IMG/VR virus record: IMGVR_UViG_3300029288_007050
Coordinates: 32,001-96,000 of that record
DNA from: a virus
Lineage: Duplodnaviria; Caudoviricetes
Reading direction: 5' to 3' (one strand)
DNA: 64,000 nucleotides
Shown one piece after another: positions 16,773 through 26,617 of this stretch (positions are counted from its first letter, which is position 1; every line of letters begins with the position of its first letter). A program made the position numbers and the translations under genes. The notes under the pieces were generated by a model. The model was given only the letters and a program-made list of their open reading frames with translations. It did no database searches and was not told the DNA's origin.

Positions 16773-16997
16773 ATGGAAAAAGACATCAAATTAGAAGAAG
16801 ACACAAACGTCGAAGAAACAGCTGAAGAAACTGAAAAAGAAGAAACTGATGAAGAAGAAACAAAGGAAGAATCAACTGAAGAGAAATCTGAAGAAGCAAG
16901 TGAAGAAGAATCAGCTGATGAAGAAACAGATGACGAAGGTTTAGTCGACGAAGAAATCAACGACGGCGACGGCGAAGAGACTTCTGAAGAAGAATAA
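16773..16997 (+). CDS. highly acidic low-complexity protein
   Basis: 74 aa, more than half Glu/Asp, followed by a terminator. Confidence 0.65.
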   Translation: MEKDIKLEEDTNVEETAEETEKEETDEEETKEESTEEKSEEASEEESADEETDDEGLVDEEINDGDGEETSEEE

Positions 16998-17019
16998 TCT
17001 TCGATTCTTTATAAAATCT

Positions 17020-17045
17020 AAAAACCTCTCGAAAGAGGGGTTTTT
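17020..17045. terminator. bidirectional rho-independent terminator where the two arms converge
   Basis: AAAAA-CCTCTC-GAAA-GAGGGG-TTTTT. Confidence 0.85.
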
Positions 17046-17095
17046 AGTATATATCAATAATATTCATCGATAAGTTAACAATATGAACAGTCTAG

Positions 17096-17150
17096 AGCCC
17101 TCTAGAACGCTCTCTAAGGGCTTTTTACACCAAAGTTAATATAATATATG
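17096..17150 (+). repeat. dispersed bipartite intergenic motif, copy 3
   Basis: AGCCCTCTAGAACG ... AAAGTTAATATAATATA. Confidence 0.7.
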
Positions 17151-17174
17151 GTTGTCTTTCAAAGAGCGTTCAGT

Positions 17175-18242
17175 CTAAGAATATAGTTCATTCAATTTAG
17201 CAATCGTCTTCATTCCTACTATTCGTCCTTGTAAAGAATCTAATTCTGTCGCACTTGCTACATTATATTTTCTTTGGAACTGCAAAACAGCATCTGAAGT
17301 AATAGATCCATAATAACCAGTACTAGAAATATTTGTCGGAAACATGCCTTCATATTTTAGAATATCTTGCAATGCTTTGATATGATCGTTTGTCTGCCCA
17401 AATTTCAACGTTACAGTGAAAGTATAAGATGGTTTTTCTATAGATTTTTCTTCGAACGCGAAATTCATCGGATAAGCTGCAAAGAAATTGCGTGTTTTGA
17501 AGAAATCTTCATTAATTACGCGCTGGCCTGCTAAACCATAAGAACTGCCCCAACTATCTTCTATAATAAGTGCTTTTTTCCCGTCAACAAGTGCAGCATC
17601 TACAGCAGCGACAGAATGTCTGCCAGTATCTTTACTGTGAAGATCTAGATCAGAATATTTTATGACTGGTTTGCTTGTCCATTCATTCGTTTTAAAGTAA
17701 AACCAAACCATAATCGCTTTATTCGTCGTCTGTATGACAGATGCTACTGTATCGATGTCTTTTATCGGAAGAACTATGTAATTGCCTATTTTGAAGATCT
17801 TTCCAACGTCTTGTTTGTATTCTTCAATTACCGTGTCGTCCATTTTTTCGTCTGTAAGATTCTGACTCGGTACTAATTCTTCTAACGTAACACCTTGTCT
17901 AGCAATATCGAATGCTTCTATACCATACATGCCCGCAGAAGGTTTATTCGATCTTCTCTGATAAATATGAGTTGCACTAAAATGAACATAAACTCCATTT
18001 TTAAGCCAATAAAGAACACCAAGCAGTTTTGCTAAAGTCTGTGCTACACAGGAACCAGAACCGTTTTGATTATATATCGGAAATTTTCTCCATTCTGATT
18101 GAGTTTTTTCGACCCAATTGACAGGATTAGCAGTAGCAACAGTTTCTTTGAAGAGATAATCTTTTGATTTTTCTTCATTCGTTCTAACATCTATATTTGC
18201 TCCAGTACCTTTTGGTTTTTGAAATAGATTATAGAAATTCAT
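17175..18242 (-). CDS. papain-like (C1) peptidase with C-terminal peptidoglycan-binding domain; candidate endolysin
   Basis: NQNGSGSCVAQ (Gln/Cys), GRHSV (His), EDSWG; PGBD-like IKALQDIL...TGYYGSITSDAVLQFQ...GIVG..T. Confidence 0.8.
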   Translation of the reverse strand: MNFYNLFQKPKGTGANIDVRTNEEKSKDYLFKETVATANPVNWVEKTQSEWRKFPIYNQNGSGSCVAQTLAKLLGVLYWLKNGVYVHFSATHIYQRRSNKPSAGMYGIEAFDIARQGVTLEELVPSQNLTDEKMDDTVIEEYKQDVGKIFKIGNYIVLPIKDIDTVASVIQTTNKAIMVWFYFKTNEWTSKPVIKYSDLDLHSKDTGRHSVAAVDAALVDGKKALIIEDSWGSSYGLAGQRVINEDFFKTRNFFAAYPMNFAFEEKSIEKPSYTFTVTLKFGQTNDHIKALQDILKYEGMFPTNISSTGYYGSITSDAVLQFQRKYNVASATELDSLQGRIVGMKTIAKLNELYS

Positions 18243-18264
18243 AATTTTTTAGAATTAATTTTAT

Positions 18265-18573
18265 TTATGTCGACCCTTGTGTATTTTCTTCTGTTTTTAA
18301 TGTTGTCATTTTGAAGTTAACTCTATCTTTGTATTCTTCTTGCTTGCCGACATTCCATTGATTGATGGGTCTAAGATAACCGACTACTCTGGAATAAACT
18401 TCTGTTTTTCTGAAATTAGTAAGAGACGGGTCTTTCTTAAAGCATTCGTCGCATTTGATAATAGCTACTTTCTTATCGTCGTATTTGTATATCAGCAATT
18501 TAGCGCCCACTAATTCTTTTCCTTTTTCTTCTATTTTTTTACCACAGTCGTGGCATTCAATGATTCTTTTCAT
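18265..18573 (-). CDS. stand-alone NrdD C-terminal (glycyl radical loop) protein
   Basis: EVYSRVVGYLRPINQWNVGKQEEYKDR with two CxxC. Confidence 0.8.
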   Translation of the reverse strand: MKRIIECHDCGKKIEEKGKELVGAKLLIYKYDDKKVAIIKCDECFKKDPSLTNFRKTEVYSRVVGYLRPINQWNVGKQEEYKDRVNFKMTTLKTEENTQGST

Positions 18574-18643
18574 TGTTATGTTATATTAAAACATTTGTCG
18601 AAAGTGAGCTTACTTTCTTTCGATTTCAGCTCACTTCCTTCCT

Positions 18644-18793
18644 TTAGATATGAAGAATACTAGTATCTTTTCTTTTTTCTAGAGTCTCTTTCAATGGGAC
18701 GGTTTTTAACTCTCCTCCACATTGCGGGCAAGTTAATCCGTCGTACGTAGACTGCTCGATGTGTCCACATTTTTTGCACTGCAAGACCTCCAT
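18644..18793 (-). CDS. 49 aa Zn-ribbon protein, missing from the ORF track
   Basis: MEVLQCKKCGH...CPQCGG; AGGAGG upstream. Confidence 0.7.
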   Translation of the reverse strand: MEVLQCKKCGHIEQSTYDGLTCPQCGGELKTVPLKETLEKRKDTSILHI

Positions 18794-18829
18794 ATTCTTT
18801 ACCTCCTGTTAAAGAACTATTTTTATTTA

Positions 18830-19774
18830 TTAATAATCATTATCGTGTGGTATGTAAAATGGAACGAATGTCGAAGTAAACTTGTTTAAAGAAGAATCTT
18901 TGCCTACTTCGATCTCTACGATCCACCCTCCCATCTGTGGCTGTAAACCTTTTCTTACTAAATAAGGTGTTTGAGATTGAAAACAACCTGTCAATAAAGA
19001 ATGCACGTTGCGATAAACAAAATAACCTGCTTGATGATAATGACCCAATAACAATATTTGCGGTTTAGTTCCACCAGAAAAACCTTCTATAAATTTCTGT
19101 GGTTTATAACTCATAGCGTATGAAGTACCACCCATCGGGTGCATCAAATATATTCGAATTTTGTTATTAAGCATGAAATATGCTCCATGCTGTCCAAGAA
19201 AACGTATGTCTGATCTCTGTTTAGAAACTTCTTCGAGTACGTCAGAAGCTCCCATTTTAAACCAGTCTAAATCATGCGCTCCAGAAATAGCATAAGTTGG
19301 AAGATCTCTTGGGTAGTTTTTAACAATATAATCGATTTGGTCTTTCAGAGTATATTTAAAGATTTCTTGCATTTGACCGATATAATGAGAGCCATTGCCA
19401 TCAGAGAAGTCACCAACATGAAATACTAGTTTGCATCCTTCGTTTTTGACATGTTCGTAGAAATTTTTAAGGTGCGTTAATTGCTGGTATTTAGAAATAA
19501 AATGCGTATCACTAACAACTGCGAATTTTATTTTCTCACCTTCTTTTGTTAATTCACGAAAATAAAATTCTTTATCTTCATATACTGGCATCTGTATAGG
19601 TTCACGACTGCTAACAATCTTCTTGAGACTCAGCGAGCTTGCTTTCGACTTGATGCTCTCTTTAGTTCTACCCGGAAGATATGTTAAGAGTTTATCTATT
19701 GGAGCTGTCTGATAAAGATTTCGTAACAACTTTGTTTCTTTTGGAGTCCATTTTGAGTTCTTAGATTTGTTCAT
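18830..19774 (-). CDS. calcineurin-like metallophosphoesterase with N-terminal Myb/HTH-like domain
   Basis: SDTH, VGDFSDG, GAHD, MHP, GHYH; WT.KE..LL N-terminus. Confidence 0.85.
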   Translation of the reverse strand: MNKSKNSKWTPKETKLLRNLYQTAPIDKLLTYLPGRTKESIKSKASSLSLKKIVSSREPIQMPVYEDKEFYFRELTKEGEKIKFAVVSDTHFISKYQQLTHLKNFYEHVKNEGCKLVFHVGDFSDGNGSHYIGQMQEIFKYTLKDQIDYIVKNYPRDLPTYAISGAHDLDWFKMGASDVLEEVSKQRSDIRFLGQHGAYFMLNNKIRIYLMHPMGGTSYAMSYKPQKFIEGFSGGTKPQILLLGHYHQAGYFVYRNVHSLLTGCFQSQTPYLVRKGLQPQMGGWIVEIEVGKDSSLNKFTSTFVPFYIPHDNDY

Positions 19775-19849
19775 ATAAAATCATATCGATTATTTTAAAA
19801 ATAATTAGATAATGATTCTGTCAATCAGATATTCAGTTGTTAGAGACGC

Positions 19850-20029
19850 TTATGACGCTGGTTTCGTTTTCTTTTCTTCTGTTTCAAGCTCGTTTAGAAG
19901 ATCGATCTTTCCTTGGATTTTAACGATTTCTGTGACGACATTGTTTTTTTGAGTTTCTAATGATTGCATCTCAATCACTTTCTTTTGCATCAATGTCTCT
20001 AAAGCTTTTTTACGTTCTTTAATGTCCAT
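19850..20029 (-). CDS. 59 aa coiled-coil protein, missing from the ORF track
   Basis: MDIKERKKALETLMQKKV...; fills the gap in the operon. Confidence 0.6.
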   Translation of the reverse strand: MDIKERKKALETLMQKKVIEMQSLETQKNNVVTEIVKIQGKIDLLNELETEEKKTKPAS

Positions 20030-20033
20030 GTTT

Positions 20034-20420
20034 TTAAGATTTTTTATTGTTTTTTTCGACCTTTAGAACACCTCTTTTTATTTCTTTAGTCTTTATTTTT
20101 TTAGGTTTAAATATTTTTTCAAGAAATTCTAATGCTTTATGAGGTTTGCTCTTCTGTCCACATGAAAAAATATCAATTGCTATGTAATCTATCTTTGGCC
20201 AAGCGTGTATCGAAATATGCGATTCAGCTAATAAGATAAAAGCGCTTATGTTTCCCGAAGAAGTTTTGCGAGCATCTACACCCAATGAAGTATTGTGAGA
20301 TACTTTAGCTGATTTAGTCAAAATAGACTTTATTCTGCCGACATCGTCTATCATCTGATTGCCCCAGAATTCAGCTAACAAATGAACACCTGCGTATTTT
20401 GTATTATTTTTGCTTTTCAT
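20034..20420 (-). CDS. speD: S-adenosylmethionine decarboxylase proenzyme
   Basis: G.HLL, LAESHISIHAWP, IDIFSCG, EIKRG. Confidence 0.9.
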   Translation of the reverse strand: MKSKNNTKYAGVHLLAEFWGNQMIDDVGRIKSILTKSAKVSHNTSLGVDARKTSSGNISAFILLAESHISIHAWPKIDYIAIDIFSCGQKSKPHKALEFLEKIFKPKKIKTKEIKRGVLKVEKNNKKS

Positions 20421-20562
20421 CTTTTTCTTTCTTTTTAGATTCTTTTATCGGTTCGTCAATCGGTGTATTTTTACTAGTATCTGGTTGCAATATTTGATAT
20501 AACTGACGACCTTCAGTTTCTATTTCTTCTCGTGTTTTTTTATTTGCGTTGGGCTTTGTCAT
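20404..20562 (-). CDS. 52 aa hypothetical protein
   Basis: ATGA-coupled to the tail-tip gene and overlaps the speD start. Confidence 0.45.
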   Translation of the reverse strand: MTKPNANKKTREEIETEGRQLYQILQPDTSKNTPIDEPIKESKKKEKDEKQK

Positions 20563-23384
20563 ATTTTTGATATTTCTCCTTTAACTTTAAGATTGCCTTC
20601 TTCATCTAAGAACATTATTAATTTATCTTTTCTATTGTAGAATTTCAAAGTTCCACCAGTTTCATCCATTCGGAATAAAATTTCTTTTGTCTTTTTGTCT
20701 CTAAAAAGTAAGTCACCTGTTATATGTTGGTCAGCTGTTTGATTAGCACAATACATATTATCAGCGTAAACGTTTAGCCAACGATAAGCATTAGTTCCTA
20801 AATTACAATGACTATCAGTATATGGACTTAATTCTGCTCCGTACGCCCAGATCTGTCCTGCTTCAGCAGTAGAAGTACCAGCATCATATAAAATAATTCC
20901 TGCCTGAGGATTTCCAGAGCCATCTGTAGAATTGTATAGTTTCCACGAATGATAAGTATACGGACTAGAATATTGAGAAGCAAACATAGCAGTGCCACTG
21001 TAAATACTGTTTGCCCATTGATTTATCATCGAAGACGCAATCTGGACTCCTACTTTATTTCCTGAATCGTATATAGTATAAAAGTCATGGTTCGAAGTCC
21101 CCATCACTGCTCGATTTCCAGAAGACGCTGTCTGTATAGCATTACCTGTCAATGTTCCAGTATTAATCGCCCAACCTGTAATTGTGCCAGCTAGAATTCT
21201 ATCAGCTCTAACTAAGTTAGTGACAATATATCCGCCTTGTATAACTGTTGTTCCAAGTTTTGCAGCTTCAACTACGTCTAAATATGCCAAATCACCAGCA
21301 TCAGCTGTAGCTAATTTTGAAGTCGGATCATATCCCGAAGCAAACGTAGTTGAACCAGATATGTATATATTATCAGCATCTATTCTTATTCCTTCTCCAG
21401 AAGCGTTAATAGTTGCTATGATTTGAGAAGTAGAACCAGCAGAAAACAGAGGAGTGAAATTCAGTTGTGCTGTCGTAATAGTACCAGCAGCAATTTTTGC
21501 TGCAGTAATCGTAAGAGCAGCAATTTCATTAGCAGTAATTGTACCCGCGATGATTTCATCAGCACTGATTGATCTTTTAGCAATCTGGTTTCCGTTAATA
21601 TTTATATTCACGTTTTGATTGCTGCTAACAGAGAATGATGCTTCTGATAGAGGATCAGCTGCGGCTTTTGCATTTGAGAAAACGATTTTTGTTATGTCTG
21701 ATATAGCAGATTTATCGGTGCTAACATCGAACGTCATCTTTTTAATTGTATAAGCTCCCGTCGTGTCAGCAATAGTCCATCTGTCTTCGATCGTTAAAAT
21801 CGTCGCAGTGTTTGATCTTATTATTTTCGTCTGTCCGCCAATCGTTACGATGTATCCTTTATATTGATCGTTCGACCAAGATTTCGAAGCATCTCCTAAT
21901 ATTTCACCTCCTTGTTTTATTATACCAGTACCACTGTCAGAATTTGCAGCAGACGTATTAATTGTTTCTTCATCTAAATAAATGTAGTAATCAGTTGCTG
22001 CAGACATCAACCCGGTGTTTCCAGCTGCGATGACTCTTCTGCCTGCTTCTGATCCACTGCTAGTTGGGAGATATACTGTTCCAGCTGTCCAGTCTACTTG
22101 ACGATAAGCATTTGCTCCAGTCGTCGCAGAAAATACTATATCTGTAGACCAAGTTCTGTTAGCGGGTCCAAGTTGAGCAGCTGTAAGAGCTTGTGTGATA
22201 TAACCAAACCAAGTCATCTCTTTATCGAGTCTCTGGCGCTCGTTTTCGACAATGTCCTCAAAATTGTCTGCTGCTTCTGAAAGTTCTAATGTAGCAGTGT
22301 CGACTTCGTATTTGATAGATTGAATTACTAAAACTTTATCAGTACTAACGACGTATGGATTGTTTTTAGCATTTAAAATCTGGCAAGTCTGTCCTGGTTC
22401 AATAGAAGATAAATCATAGACACCGTTTAAAGTCAAACTGATTTTAACCTTCGGGTCTTTTTTATCATAAACTTTAGAGTCTGCTAACAATGCAGCAGCG
22501 CTTGGATTCGTCACTTTGCTATCAGTAATATATTCTGCGATGATGTCATTATCACTTTGACTAGTTATATCATCTGAAGTTAGTTTTAAATAATCAGGAT
22601 CGAGAGTGCCTTTTTCATTCCAAAAATATACTCTGTTGACAACACCTTCAATCGATTTTTCTCCTGAAATCTCAGTGATATGTCTTCCTATCGTAAATGT
22701 ATGTTGAGCAGTAGTCGCTAAATTTTTCAAAACTAGATCGCCGTCAGTGTTGATTCTCCAATAAAACCAATAACCTCCAGCTTTATTTCTCGGTAAGAAT
22801 TTAGACACTTCTCTCAAAGCATCTAAATGTTTCATATTAAAAAATCTATGATCGAAGCTAAATAGAGCTCCAGTATTGTCAGTCGTTTGTTCTACATCTG
22901 TAAAGTCAGCAGTAATCATCGAATTTGTTTCAGTAGAACGATAATGATTGATGATTGCTTCCATCATCTGGTCTACTCTTTGGCTAGTAAGCTCGACACC
23001 AAGATCCGATGCGGCAGCAGCTGTGCCTGTTCGATAGAAATCGTTTGAAAGTTTTGAGACAGCAGAAAGACAAGTGACTTCGACACCTTCGTCTTTTCCT
23101 CTTAAATAAGGTTTGTAAGAGACAATGTAGCCATTTGCTACTAACTTATCTCCATTTGGATTGAACGAATCTTTGAGATATACTTTAATTCTGTTGTTGA
23201 ATTTGATCGAAGTATTTTCATCAAAGTCGTCCATCTTTCTGTCTAGCTGGAAAGTAAAACTGTTGTCACCACCATTTATTGTTTTTTCTACAGACAAATT
23301 AGAAATTACGTCATTTAAAACTTCGATGAACGTTCCGTCCTCTTCATAAACCTTCCAAATAAGTTGTCTATCGAAATTTGCCAT
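20559..23384 (-). CDS. tail tip / baseplate hub (Tal-like) protein with fibre-like C-terminus
   Basis: follows Dit; hub-like N-terminus; AxxIxAGTITA repeats typical of siphovirus central tail fibres. Confidence 0.75.
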   Translation of the reverse strand: MANFDRQLIWKVYEEDGTFIEVLNDVISNLSVEKTINGGDNSFTFQLDRKMDDFDENTSIKFNNRIKVYLKDSFNPNGDKLVANGYIVSYKPYLRGKDEGVEVTCLSAVSKLSNDFYRTGTAAAASDLGVELTSQRVDQMMEAIINHYRSTETNSMITADFTDVEQTTDNTGALFSFDHRFFNMKHLDALREVSKFLPRNKAGGYWFYWRINTDGDLVLKNLATTAQHTFTIGRHITEISGEKSIEGVVNRVYFWNEKGTLDPDYLKLTSDDITSQSDNDIIAEYITDSKVTNPSAAALLADSKVYDKKDPKVKISLTLNGVYDLSSIEPGQTCQILNAKNNPYVVSTDKVLVIQSIKYEVDTATLELSEAADNFEDIVENERQRLDKEMTWFGYITQALTAAQLGPANRTWSTDIVFSATTGANAYRQVDWTAGTVYLPTSSGSEAGRRVIAAGNTGLMSAATDYYIYLDEETINTSAANSDSGTGIIKQGGEILGDASKSWSNDQYKGYIVTIGGQTKIIRSNTATILTIEDRWTIADTTGAYTIKKMTFDVSTDKSAISDITKIVFSNAKAAADPLSEASFSVSSNQNVNININGNQIAKRSISADEIIAGTITANEIAALTITAAKIAAGTITTAQLNFTPLFSAGSTSQIIATINASGEGIRIDADNIYISGSTTFASGYDPTSKLATADAGDLAYLDVVEAAKLGTTVIQGGYIVTNLVRADRILAGTITGWAINTGTLTGNAIQTASSGNRAVMGTSNHDFYTIYDSGNKVGVQIASSMINQWANSIYSGTAMFASQYSSPYTYHSWKLYNSTDGSGNPQAGIILYDAGTSTAEAGQIWAYGAELSPYTDSHCNLGTNAYRWLNVYADNMYCANQTADQHITGDLLFRDKKTKEILFRMDETGGTLKFYNRKDKLIMFLDEEGNLKVKGEISKI

Positions 23385-23387
23385 TGT

Positions 23388-23447
23388 CGTATATATAATC
23401 TATTAACTTTAATACTTCACCAAGCTTAGATGACGTTCTAGAGCGCT
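23388..23447 (-). repeat. dispersed bipartite intergenic motif, copy 4
   Basis: minus strand AGCGCTCTAGAACGTCATCTAA ... AAAGTTAATAGATTATATA. Confidence 0.75.
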
Positions 23448-23469
23448 AGTTATTGCATCTAACCTCTTT

Positions 23470-24261
23470 TTATAAATAAGCAGGATAATATGTTATTTCT
23501 TGATCTAATGCCCAAGTTGCTCCGCCTCCAGTAATTGTCACAGTGTAAGAGTTGCTTGTTGCATTAAATTTTGGAAATACTCCAGTAAAATCTACTTCAG
23601 TTGCAGCACCACCATCATGCGAAACTTTGACTGTCATCTCATCTGTGTCTATAATTAAGTAATCTCCACTTGCGTCCATAGCTAAACTTTCAACTGTTAT
23701 AGAATCTCCAGTAGTCGTATTCGAAAAAACAATTTCTGTAATCGGTGTCGTCGGCGCACCGTCACATGTCCATTTCAAAGAGGGAGAAGGCGGTGCAGAA
23801 CCAGTCGGATTTATAGTTGTAGAAAAAGGTGTTGAATTGATCGAATTAGTCTCAGTGACACTAGATGTAGTATGGCCGAATGGCTGGCATCTAAAAGTAA
23901 TTTGATATGGTATTCGTGTTATGTGATAATGTTCTTCTGGTACATCTACAGCTTCTACAGAACATACATATCTGATAGTTCCTCCACCGTCATCTATATC
24001 TAGCGCTGCTTCATCAGAATGCAATGCTTCTTTCATCGAATCTAAACTAGTTTTAAGATTTGCTTCGGTGTCTCTCGTCAATGTTCCAGAAATTGTAATA
24101 TCTTTCATTTCGTAATAAGTGTTCACAAGTCTAAAACCATCTCGTCTTGCGTTTGGTTCGAGATCGATGACTTTGGAAGGCATGTTTCTATATATTATGT
24201 CTTTCGTTCTGAAATAAGAATCTTGAAGTGAAAAAGAATTGTATGTTATATTTTTAGCCAT
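23470..24261 (-). CDS. distal tail protein (Dit-like)
   Basis: after TMP; RRDG, ITISG, FRCQPF, FP.F motifs of Sipho_tail proteins. Confidence 0.75.
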   Translation of the reverse strand: MAKNITYNSFSLQDSYFRTKDIIYRNMPSKVIDLEPNARRDGFRLVNTYYEMKDITISGTLTRDTEANLKTSLDSMKEALHSDEAALDIDDGGGTIRYVCSVEAVDVPEEHYHITRIPYQITFRCQPFGHTTSSVTETNSINSTPFSTTINPTGSAPPSPSLKWTCDGAPTTPITEIVFSNTTTGDSITVESLAMDASGDYLIIDTDEMTVKVSHDGGAATEVDFTGVFPKFNATSNSYTVTITGGGATWALDQEITYYPAYL

Positions 24262-24278
24262 AGTATTTCTTCATTTTT

Positions 24279-26612
24279 TTATGTTAGATGTCGAAGAACT
24301 TGTTGTCTTGACAAAACGTCTCTTACCGCGTTTGCTATTAATTGTATGTCAGTCTCACTTCTAACAGTTGGATTATTTATATTGACAGTAATAGGCGCTA
24401 CACCAGAAGGTAAAACTGTTTCTCCACCATGAGCTATTATCGGCACCGCTTGATTAGCACTGCCTGGTACAATGCCACCTGTCTGGAAAGAAAAAATAGA
24501 TTTTATTCTATCCCACATTGAAGCTTCTGGCGGCATATTTGTTTTTCCTACGAATGACTTCATTATTGACCAAAACCAACCTGTTGACGGATCATCGCTA
24601 GCTGCTTGAATCTTTTTAACTTCATTCCAATAGTCTTTGAAAGCACCAATTACATTTTCATTGAAATCTGATTTAAACTGAGACCAAGTAGAAGATAAAT
24701 CCTCTGTATTAGATATAGCTTCGTTAGTTTGACTGCCAAGTTCTTCTACATTAGATGTAGCATTATCGATCGAAGAACTAAGATTATCAAATGCGTCAGT
24801 GACAGTGTCGATAGCGTTTGTTTCTTCACCAGCAGTTTCTTGTATTTCTAACAATTCTTCTCTATATTGATCTAATCTTTCATTAAACGCTCTAGTTCTT
24901 TTTTCGATTTCATCAAGAATAGGCCATGTTCTTGCTTCAGCGATTTCTGCTGCGTGTTTTTTCTCAAGCGCTAATTCTTCATCGAGTTCAGCTTGAAGTT
25001 TAACTAATCTTTCATCTAATTTTGTTTTTTCGTCTGCTAGAGATTCTTCTCTTTGATCAGCTTTTTCTTGAGTTGCTAATGCGTAATCTTCGTTTTCTCT
25101 TTTTAAAGCAAGTCTGATTTCTCTAATTCTGGTTTGGTCTGCCCATATCCCTTTAGATACTTCTTCGTCTAATTCTCTTTGTAGATCTTCAGTTTTTCTA
25201 GTATGAGAAAGAGTTAAATCTGACATTGTGTCTGCAAAGTCTCTTCTTATTTTAGCAGTAGCAGTGCTGTATTCCCTTTGAAGATCATTGATCTGGTCAG
25301 TCAAATCTTTAATTGTTTCATCATGCTTTTTAGCCCATTCAGCCATGTCTTCTCTGAAATCTCTAGTGGCAAGAGCCATGTTCTTCTCTAATTTCTTTAC
25401 TTGTTTAGCTATCTTTTCGTCGACTTCAGTGACAGTGTCTCCAAGTTGTTTGAATGGATTAATAGTATCTTTAATCTTTTGAGCAAGATCAGCCATCGAA
25501 TTTTTCCATTTATCCCATTGTCCAGTAGCTTTTAGAACTAAATATACAAGACCACCGATCGCGACAGAAATAGCTAAAAATACTGCAGCTACTTTTAATC
25601 CAACAAGTATCATTGGTGCAAGAGCAGCCCAGTTCAATACGACAAAACCACTAACAAGCATAGGAAGCATAGCGCCAACCATTGCTAAAGATGCAGCAAG
25701 AGTAGCTAAAACTGTCGTACCGACCAAGAGAACACTAGTCATTGCAGAAGAATTTTCAGCAAATGTTTTTACTTTACCGCTAGCCCATGCGATCATATCA
25801 GATAAAGTGCCAACAAGAGGTATGAGAGTATTACCTAAAGCAATCTTCATCTGATAAAGTTGAGCGTTCAGTCTGGACAAAGTTCCAGAAAAAGTATTTT
25901 GGACAACTTCAGCTGCCCCAGTAAATCTGGAACCTTCTTGCATATAAAAATTATACATCGCTTGATACCTTTGTGCGTTTGATAATTTAGCAACTGTTGT
26001 ATCGAGCGTCTTTGCGTAAGTTTGAAAAACTTTATTTAATTGTGTATTAATACCTGAAGCATCAATTTGTACTTCTCTAAAAGTACGAAAACCAAGAGAA
26101 GTTTTAACAAGAGCTTGACCAAGAGTGTCAGTTATGCTTTCTTTAGCTACTGAAGCAGAATTTAAGAAATTCCACATCAAGTCAGTCGCTTTGTCTAAAC
26201 CTAAACCTGTAGCTAAAAAGTTCGCTAAACCTTCAGCAGCTTCAGACACAGAAATCAAACCAGTCGCTGCAAGTTCTTGCGCTACTCGATTTGTTTCGTC
26301 CATATCTTCACCGACGCTGACAGCAAAAACACCAAGCTTCATAAAAGCTTGTTCACCTTCTCTAGCAGCGTCGACAAATGTCTTCATTAGTGCTACACTC
26401 CCTGCAGCAAGAGCACCAACTACGATAGACATATATCTGAATCTATTACCAAGAGCGTCTAGTTTTCCCATCACATCAGTCGCACCATGACCCATGTCTT
26501 GAGTCATTTTTGTTGTTTTCTTTCCTAAACTCTCAACTGCCTGTTCAGTCTTTTTTACACTAGCAGAAGCATTGTCTTGCCCCTTAAGTTCGATTAATAT
26601 CGTCTTTGCCAT
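24279..26612 (-). CDS. tail tape measure protein
   Basis: 777 aa, helical/coiled-coil, hydrophobic central segment, FQTGGIVPG...AHGGE tail; follows the chaperone genes. Confidence 0.9.
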   Translation of the reverse strand: MAKTILIELKGQDNASASVKKTEQAVESLGKKTTKMTQDMGHGATDVMGKLDALGNRFRYMSIVVGALAAGSVALMKTFVDAAREGEQAFMKLGVFAVSVGEDMDETNRVAQELAATGLISVSEAAEGLANFLATGLGLDKATDLMWNFLNSASVAKESITDTLGQALVKTSLGFRTFREVQIDASGINTQLNKVFQTYAKTLDTTVAKLSNAQRYQAMYNFYMQEGSRFTGAAEVVQNTFSGTLSRLNAQLYQMKIALGNTLIPLVGTLSDMIAWASGKVKTFAENSSAMTSVLLVGTTVLATLAASLAMVGAMLPMLVSGFVVLNWAALAPMILVGLKVAAVFLAISVAIGGLVYLVLKATGQWDKWKNSMADLAQKIKDTINPFKQLGDTVTEVDEKIAKQVKKLEKNMALATRDFREDMAEWAKKHDETIKDLTDQINDLQREYSTATAKIRRDFADTMSDLTLSHTRKTEDLQRELDEEVSKGIWADQTRIREIRLALKRENEDYALATQEKADQREESLADEKTKLDERLVKLQAELDEELALEKKHAAEIAEARTWPILDEIEKRTRAFNERLDQYREELLEIQETAGEETNAIDTVTDAFDNLSSSIDNATSNVEELGSQTNEAISNTEDLSSTWSQFKSDFNENVIGAFKDYWNEVKKIQAASDDPSTGWFWSIMKSFVGKTNMPPEASMWDRIKSIFSFQTGGIVPGSANQAVPIIAHGGETVLPSGVAPITVNINNPTVRSETDIQLIANAVRDVLSRQQVLRHLT

Positions 26613-26617
26613 GAACT

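Noticed and set aside
19800-19860. Possible sixth copy of the dispersed motif (AGCGTCATAAGCG on the - strand)
   Set aside because: Too degenerate and lacks a clear second box.
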